64,000 nt of DNA, taken from the NCBI GenBank assembly GCA_041392665.1, contig JAWKLQ010000031.1, positions 18 to 64,017 of the forward strand, given 5' to 3'. Each line of letters begins with the position of its first letter. Position 1 is the first letter of the stretch. Under the pieces are notes generated by a model. That model worked only from the letters and a program-made list of their open reading frames with translations, was not told the origin of the DNA and searched no databases. Source of the DNA: Saprospiraceae bacterium (lineage in GTDB: Bacteria; Bacteroidota; Bacteroidia; Chitinophagales; Saprospiraceae). The position numbers and the translations under genes are program-made. Positions 58,134 to 64,000 of this stretch are shown here, piece after piece.

Positions 58134-58820
58134 ATGGAACTGTATGGACAGCAAAGTAAAAGTTGGCCGCAAAAGATCACCGTTCACATCCTCGAAATAG
58201 GCCTGCTGTATTTATCGTATTGGCTGCTTTTCCAGAATGGTGGCCATTGGATCTCGGAGTGGTTACACATTGAAAATAACCAGGACGCAGCCAGAAGGAC
58301 CATTATATTCATTTTTAATATCGTCATATTTCTACGGATGAGCTATATGATGATCTTTTTGCTTCAACGTAAAATGCCCTGGGAAGAAAGTGTTAGCGTG
58401 CCTTTTGCCTTTGCCTTGTACTACATCGGGTTTTCCTTGTTAGTACTTCCTACCTCCAGGCAGATCGGCATTTGGGACATTATTGCGATAATCCTCTTCA
58501 TTGTCGGCTGTGTGCTGAATACCGGTGGGGAATTATTGCGAAAAAAATGGAAAGAACATCCTGAAAATAAGGGGCAGATCTACACGGAAGGCTTCTTCAG
58601 ATACTCCCGCCATGTCAATTATTTCGGCGACCTGCTTTGGGTTTCTGCTTATGCCGTACTGACGGCAAACTGGTGGTCGGTTACCATTCCAGTACTTCTT
58701 TTCCTGTTCTTTGCTTTTTACAATGCGCCTAAACTGGATGAATATCTGAAGCAAAAATATGGCAAGGGGTATGATGAATATGCAAAAAAGACCAAAATGC
58801 TGATACCGTATATCTACTGA
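58134..58820 (+). CDS. DUF1295 / steroid-5-alpha-reductase-like membrane protein
   Basis: Five to six TMs; KGQIYTEGFFRYSRHVNYFGD; YAKKTKMLIPYIY. The ORF-track start at 57999 overlaps crp and is rejected. Confidence 0.9.
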   Translation: MELYGQQSKSWPQKITVHILEIGLLYLSYWLLFQNGGHWISEWLHIENNQDAARRTIIFIFNIVIFLRMSYMMIFLLQRKMPWEESVSVPFAFALYYIGFSLLVLPTSRQIGIWDIIAIILFIVGCVLNTGGELLRKKWKEHPENKGQIYTEGFFRYSRHVNYFGDLLWVSAYAVLTANWWSVTIPVLLFLFFAFYNAPKLDEYLKQKYGKGYDEYAKKTKMLIPYIY

Positions 58821-59043
58821 ATGCCGGCGTGAAAGGAATGCAACGTCAGCGGAAATACTATTATACCTTCGAGCATCGTTTTTTTCACCAGCCGTTTTGG
58901 CAACAATACTTCTTGTAACGTAAATAAATTGGTATCGCAAATGCCGGCTATTGAAGGAGTATTGGCGTATGGCGGGCAGGTATAGCATGATCATTCTGCT
59001 CCATCTGCCGGCTGATTATTTTATATTTTAAAAAACCAAGTAA

Positions 59044-59445
59044 ATGAATTTGACCCGATTATCGTTTTTTCTGATGCTCGTACTCGCTTTTTCTGCCTGT
59101 AAAAAGGATGGTGATGATGATACGATGGCAAGCTGTGAACAGGCCGATTGGGTAGGCACGTATGAAGGTACGATCGACTGCGATGGTACGCAGGAAAATG
59201 TAACCCTTACCATAACTGCCGATGGCACGGATGCTATTATCATTAAGTATGAAGCAGGGATTGTTACCACTGAATATGATCCACTTACTCCAAACGGTTG
59301 TGATCTGAACATAACCGCATCAGGCGGTGGATTTACAGCAACAGTTGAAGCCACACTGGACGATGACAGTCTGACTTTTACGGAAACCGTTTCCGACGGC
59401 GGTTCCAACACGACTACCTGCGTGGCTACGGTAACCCGCATCTAA
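59044..59445 (+). CDS. Small hypothetical lipoprotein
   Basis: Lipobox AFSACKKDGDDD; beta-rich lipocalin-like pattern (WVGTY). Confidence 0.8.
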   Translation: MNLTRLSFFLMLVLAFSACKKDGDDDTMASCEQADWVGTYEGTIDCDGTQENVTLTITADGTDAIIIKYEAGIVTTEYDPLTPNGCDLNITASGGGFTATVEATLDDDSLTFTETVSDGGSNTTTCVATVTRI

Positions 59446-59455
59446 AGGTATAAAC

Positions 59456-59513
59456 GCACAGCGACACGGCGTTTTGAAGGTCGTATTGTGGCCTCGACGC
59501 TGTGACGCTGTGC
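59456..59513 (+). terminator. Long hairpin after the lipoprotein gene
   Basis: GCACAGCGACACGGCG...CGCTGTGACGCTGTGC, 14 of 16 positions complementary. Confidence 0.5.
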
Positions 59514-59782
59514 AACAATATTTTTCAGCTCCTTTCTTACGAATATGAATTTGCCTCCCACAATTCTGAACAATCCTAATTAAAAAACCGTATTAATTAG
59601 TGATTCCTTTTCAGGAACCTATATTTTACGTTCCAAAGCATAGTAATCTGTAGCCGGGAAGCCATTTCCCTGGCGTTTAGCCTTATCCATCTGCCATGTT
59701 TTTTTGATAATCTTCTTTTATTTGAACCGCAACGGCTCAGAGAATATCGCTTTGGAGAGCACCCATATATTGATTTCAAACT

Positions 59783-62700
59783 ATGACAGAAACCCAAACT
59801 GAGATTGACGACCACCTCCACTGGTACAAAGACGCTATTATTTATGAACTGCACATTAAAGCCTTTATGGATCACAACGGCGACGGCATCGGCGATTTTA
59901 ACGGCTTGCTCGATCGTCTCGATTACCTGGAAGATCTCGGTGTGACCGCCATCTGGTTACTGCCATTTTACCCCTCGCCTCTACGCGATGACGGCTATGA
60001 TATTGCAGATTATTACAGCATCAATCCTTCCTACGGCAAGATCAAACATTTCAAGAAATTTATTAAAGCGGCTCACGAAAGGAATCTCAAAGTGATCACC
60101 GAGCTGGTGATCAACCATACTTCCGATCAGCATCCCTGGTTCCAACGGGCACGCAGTGCGCCTAAAGGATCTGTAGAACGGGATTATTACGTGTGGTCAG
60201 ATGATCCGAAGAAATATCAGGGAGTACGCATCATTTTTCAGGATTACGAAGCTTCCAACTGGAGCTGGGATCCCGTGGCCAAACAGTACTACTGGCACCG
60301 GTTTTTTCATCATCAGCCCGATCTGAACTATGATAATCCCCGGGTGCAGGAAGAGGTGTTCAACATCATGGATTACTGGATGAAAATGGGAGTTGACGGA
60401 TTTCGGCTGGATGCGGTACCTTACCTGTTTGAACGCGAAGGCACCAATTGTGAGAACCTGCCGCAAACCCATGCCTTCCTGAAAAAACTGCGCAAGTACG
60501 TTGATGAGCATCATCCCGGAAAAATGCTGTTGGCAGAGGCAAATATGTGGCCGGAGGATTCGGCGGCTTACTTCGGTGAGGGCGATGAATGCCATATGAA
60601 CTACCATTTCCCTATCATGCCGCGGATGTTTATGGCCATGCGGATGGAAGACCGCTATCCGATCACGGATATTTTCGATCAGACCCCTGATATCCCGCAG
60701 ACCTGCCAGTGGGCGATCTTCCTGCGAAATCACGATGAACTCACGCTGGAAATGGTTACGGATGAGGAGCGGGATTACATGTACAAAGTGTACGCCAAGA
60801 ACCCCAAGGCCAGGATCAATCTCGGTATACGGCAACGACTGGCACCCTTGATGGAGAACAACCGCAAGAAAATAGAACTGATCAACTGTCTGCTCTTTTC
60901 CCTACCCGGCACTCCGGTGATCTACTATGGAGATGAGATCGGGATGGGAGATAACTACTACCTCGGCGACCGGGATGGAGTGAGAACGCCCATGCAGTGG
61001 TCGCCGGACCGGAACGCCGGTTTTTCCAAGGCTAATCCGCAACAGTTATACCTGCCGGTGATCCTGGACCCGGAATATCACTACGGCTCGGTCAATGTAG
61101 AAACCCAGCAGGCCAATAGTTCCTCTCTGTTGTGGTGGACGAAGCGGATGATCAATATGCGCAAACGCTTCAACGCCTTCGGTCGCGGAAATATCGAATT
61201 CATTCACTCGGAAAACCCTAGGGTACTGGTCTTCACCAGATCTTACAAAGATGAGACCATTCTGGTAGTGGTCAACCTGTCGCGTTTTTCACAGGTAGCC
61301 GAGCTGGATTTGAATGAATTTTCCAATTATATTCCGATAGAAGTGTTCAGTAGAAATAAATTCCCGGCTATCTCCGAACACCGTGATTACGTTTTTACCC
61401 TTAGCCCTCATGCCTACTACTGGTTCCTGCTAAAAAAAGAAAAAATCAGCCGTGATGGTCAGGATGCGATAGAAACGATAGTACTGGACAAATGGGAAGA
61501 TGTACTGACCAACGGTTTCCGACAACAGCTCGAAAACGGGATACTACCTGCCTACCTGATCCGTAGTGACTGGTTTACGGAAAACGGGAAAGAAGTACAC
61601 AGCACGCGGATAATAGAGCAGTTTGTAATGCCCTGCGACCCCACTATATTCTGGCTGATCCTGGAAGTGAACTACGAGAGTGGTTTGCCTGATGTGTACC
61701 AGATAGCACTTTCCTTCAAAGGCAGTTTGGAAGACAGTAACCTCATGGAGCAGGTGCCGGAGGGGATTATTGCCCCGGCCAGGATCGGAAATACTACTGG
61801 TTTTCTTTTTGATGGTCTATCGGCTCCGGAACTGCACGATATGTTTTTCCAATATTTTGGTAAGAACCATAAAATGAAGTTGCAGCTTGGTACAGTCCGT
61901 TTTTACAGCAATAAAACTTTTGTCAAATATTACAAAAAGCACAAAGAGCACCGTTCGAAACTGTTGCACTCCGGGCATCACAACAACATTTCTATCCTGC
62001 ATAACAATACGTATTACCTGAAAATATACCGCAAGTTGGACCAGGCCATTAATTCCGACCAGGAGATGATTCGATTCCTGAGTGAGCAGCAGGGATTCCC
62101 TCATATTCCGCAAATGGTGGGAGGTATTGAATTATTAATGGATAAAGGCCCCATTGTATTGGGTACCCTGCAAAATGCCGTTGAACACCAGGGAGAAACC
62201 TGGATGTACCTGCTGGATGATCTGAAGCGCTATTACGAAAGTATCCAACTCAACACTCCGACTGCTTTCGGTCCAATGGGCAACGACGGAGCAACCGACC
62301 TGCCCTTTTCTCGTATCCTTCCCGATAAAGAGATCAAGGCCCGCATCAGCACCATCACCGTGGAGCATGTGCGACTGCTTGGAGAGCGGGTAGCTGAACT
62401 GCATCTGGCGCTGGCAGCAGATAAAAACGATCCGGACTTCGCACCGGAAGAATTCTCACTGCATTATCAGCGTTCTTTATTTTCTTCCTTCCAGTCATTG
62501 GTACGTAAGGCCTTTCAATCGCTGGAACGCCATCTTAAAAAACTGCCGGAAGAACTGCTGCCGGAAGTAGCGTACATAAAGCCGCTGAAACAGGAAATCC
62601 TCAACACCCTGAAACAGGTCTATCAGGGAAAAATGGATGTGGTGAAGATCCGCACCCATGGCGATCTGTTGTTGACGCAAGTGTTGTTTACGGGACGTGA

Positions 62701-63109
62701 TTTCGTTTTTGTCGATTTTGAAGGGGATCCCACCCAACGCTACAGTGAAAGACGGCTTAAGCGTTCTCCGCTGCGGGATGTGGCTACCATGATCCGGTCT
62801 TTTCACTACGTAGCTTATGAAGGACTCTTTAATAACAATCAGATCCGTAATGAAGAGAAAAAGCTCTTACGTCCCTGGGCCGATAAATGGTTTCAGTATA
62901 TGAGCCGGGTATTTCTGAAAGCTTACCTGTCGAAAGTAAAGGGGACGGCCTTTGTGCCGGATCATCCGGAAGACCTGGATCGGATATTGGATGTATTCTT
63001 GCTGGAACAGGTCATCACAGAACTGGAACATGAACTCAAAGCGCCATACAAGCGTCTATGGGTGCCGCTGAGCGGAATCAGGAACGTGATGCAGCGATAC
63101 GTAGATTAG
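59783..63109 (+). CDS. treS: Trehalose synthase (GH13) fused to maltokinase (Pep2/Mak)
   Basis: WYKDAIIYELH, ELVINHTSDQHPWF, GFRLDAVPYL, LLAEAN and FLRNHDELTLE; C-terminal kinase RTHGDLLL.QVL...DFEG...PLRDVA. Confidence 0.96.
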   Translation: MTETQTEIDDHLHWYKDAIIYELHIKAFMDHNGDGIGDFNGLLDRLDYLEDLGVTAIWLLPFYPSPLRDDGYDIADYYSINPSYGKIKHFKKFIKAAHERNLKVITELVINHTSDQHPWFQRARSAPKGSVERDYYVWSDDPKKYQGVRIIFQDYEASNWSWDPVAKQYYWHRFFHHQPDLNYDNPRVQEEVFNIMDYWMKMGVDGFRLDAVPYLFEREGTNCENLPQTHAFLKKLRKYVDEHHPGKMLLAEANMWPEDSAAYFGEGDECHMNYHFPIMPRMFMAMRMEDRYPITDIFDQTPDIPQTCQWAIFLRNHDELTLEMVTDEERDYMYKVYAKNPKARINLGIRQRLAPLMENNRKKIELINCLLFSLPGTPVIYYGDEIGMGDNYYLGDRDGVRTPMQWSPDRNAGFSKANPQQLYLPVILDPEYHYGSVNVETQQANSSSLLWWTKRMINMRKRFNAFGRGNIEFIHSENPRVLVFTRSYKDETILVVVNLSRFSQVAELDLNEFSNYIPIEVFSRNKFPAISEHRDYVFTLSPHAYYWFLLKKEKISRDGQDAIETIVLDKWEDVLTNGFRQQLENGILPAYLIRSDWFTENGKEVHSTRIIEQFVMPCDPTIFWLILEVNYESGLPDVYQIALSFKGSLEDSNLMEQVPEGIIAPARIGNTTGFLFDGLSAPELHDMFFQYFGKNHKMKLQLGTVRFYSNKTFVKYYKKHKEHRSKLLHSGHHNNISILHNNTYYLKIYRKLDQAINSDQEMIRFLSEQQGFPHIPQMVGGIELLMDKGPIVLGTLQNAVEHQGETWMYLLDDLKRYYESIQLNTPTAFGPMGNDGATDLPFSRILPDKEIKARISTITVEHVRLLGERVAELHLALAADKNDPDFAPEEFSLHYQRSLFSSFQSLVRKAFQSLERHLKKLPEELLPEVAYIKPLKQEILNTLKQVYQGKMDVVKIRTHGDLLLTQVLFTGRDFVFVDFEGDPTQRYSERRLKRSPLRDVATMIRSFHYVAYEGLFNNNQIRNEEKKLLRPWADKWFQYMSRVFLKAYLSKVKGTAFVPDHPEDLDRILDVFLLEQVITELEHELKAPYKRLWVPLSGIRNVMQRYVD

Positions 63110-63146
63110 AAGGAATAATGCTACCCGGGCTTTAGTCCTGTTTGCA

Positions 63147-64000
63147 TTATTTTGAAACGCTTGTTTTTCCAAACACCAGATCCAGATGTTCTGCCTCCGG
63201 TTGACGGTGCCGGGTCCATCTACTCACCGCAATATAGATGAGCAAGGAAAGGATGAAGGCCGGGAATACTTCATGTACATTTTCCATACCGACTACGGAA
63301 AAGCGGATACCAAATCGCCAGACCACATTCACGATCATGCCTGCTATCATGGAGGCCAGCGCACCGATATCGGTCCCCCACTTGAAATATAAACCTCCGA
63401 AAATGGTAGGGAAGAAGCTGGCCGCAAATACAGAACCGGCAAACGAAGACATCTCCACCACACCCGCTGGAGGGTTTAGGGTGAAGAGATAGACCACCAC
63501 GCAGTAAGCGATCATACTGAACTTGGTATTAACTACGGTGGTATGGTCCGACATGGGGCGCCACATCTGCCAGATATCTTTCACTATGCTGGTGCCGGCG
63601 ATCAGCGTTACCGACGCCAATGAAGACATGCCGGCCGCAAACAATCCCATCATGGAAATACCGGTAAGTAGGGGATTGTCGAATATTTTGAACATCATGC
63701 CCACTACCTCATCGGAATCTTTCATCAGGTCTACTGCTTGTTCCTGGCTTACCATGGCGTGTACCAGTGCGCCCACAGACATGACGGCCAACAGGGATAA
63801 CCCCAGGAAAACCGGCGTCCAGATCATAGCGAAGCGCATGTCTTTTTTATTTTTAATGGAGTAGAAGCGGATGATCAGTTTGGGATCGGAGATCTGTTTC
63901 ATGCCAATGGAAAAACCGATCGCCAGGATGTAGGCGAAGCTGGTGGTCTTCCCGAATTCGAACAGGTCGTTGCCCAGTGGCTGACCGTTAGGACCGGGAT
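63147..64000 (-). CDS. Sodium:solute symporter (SSS) family, 3' part; runs off the window edge
   Basis: IIRFY, FAAGMSSLAS, FFPTIFGGLY.KW....GA.ASM.AG; the frame stays open from 63902 to the window end. Confidence 0.88.
   Translation of the reverse strand, partial: PGPNGQPLGNDLFEFGKTTSFAYILAIGFSIGMKQISDPKLIIRFYSIKNKKDMRFAMIWTPVFLGLSLLAVMSVGALVHAMVSQEQAVDLMKDSDEVVGMMFKIFDNPLLTGISMMGLFAAGMSSLASVTLIAGTSIVKDIWQMWRPMSDHTTVVNTKFSMIAYCVVVYLFTLNPPAGVVEMSSFAGSVFAASFFPTIFGGLYFKWGTDIGALASMIAGMIVNVVWRFGIRFSVVGMENVHEVFPAFILSLLIYIAVSRWTRHRQPEAEHLDLVFGKTSVSK

Overview
This is a 64 kb chromosomal window from a Bacteroidota genome of about 50% GC. T9SS C-terminal domains, TAnnTTTG promoters and the gene families point to Saprospiraceae/Lewinellaceae (inference). 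No rRNA, tRNA, CRISPR array or transposase was seen. Main contents: (1) corA, followed by an AT-rich gap with clustered DnaA-box-like 9-mers (candidate oriC with no dnaA beside it); (2) an OmpA/TSP3 protein, a decayed TPR-TM-LuxR regulator and a divergent LamG T9SS cargo gene; (3) a ~12 kb nonulosonic-acid glycan locus with NeuB, three cytidylyltransferase-fold domains, a HAD phosphatase, a sialyltransferase-like GT, acetyl-, methyl- and sulfotransferases, DUF4910, Wzx and GT2s; (4) a beta-helix lipoprotein, frameshifted TonB-dependent receptor and PiT-like permease module with 11-bp-periodic upstream boxes; (5) housekeeping genes (aceK, lnt, a two-component pair, sua5/tsaC, metH, GH57, treS-maltokinase, an SSS transporter); (6) a stand-alone AAA module, two more secreted glycan-active proteins and an unusual esterase-jacalin-P-domain fusion. 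Two intergenic repeat families stand out. One is a 132-bp MITE in four copies with 3-bp target duplications; it carries an outward-facing -7 promoter box and supplies the stop codons of two genes. The other is a GC-rich CCGTCAG mosaic repeat placed directly after stop codons. Domain and family calls come from motif recognition and recall, not from database searches.
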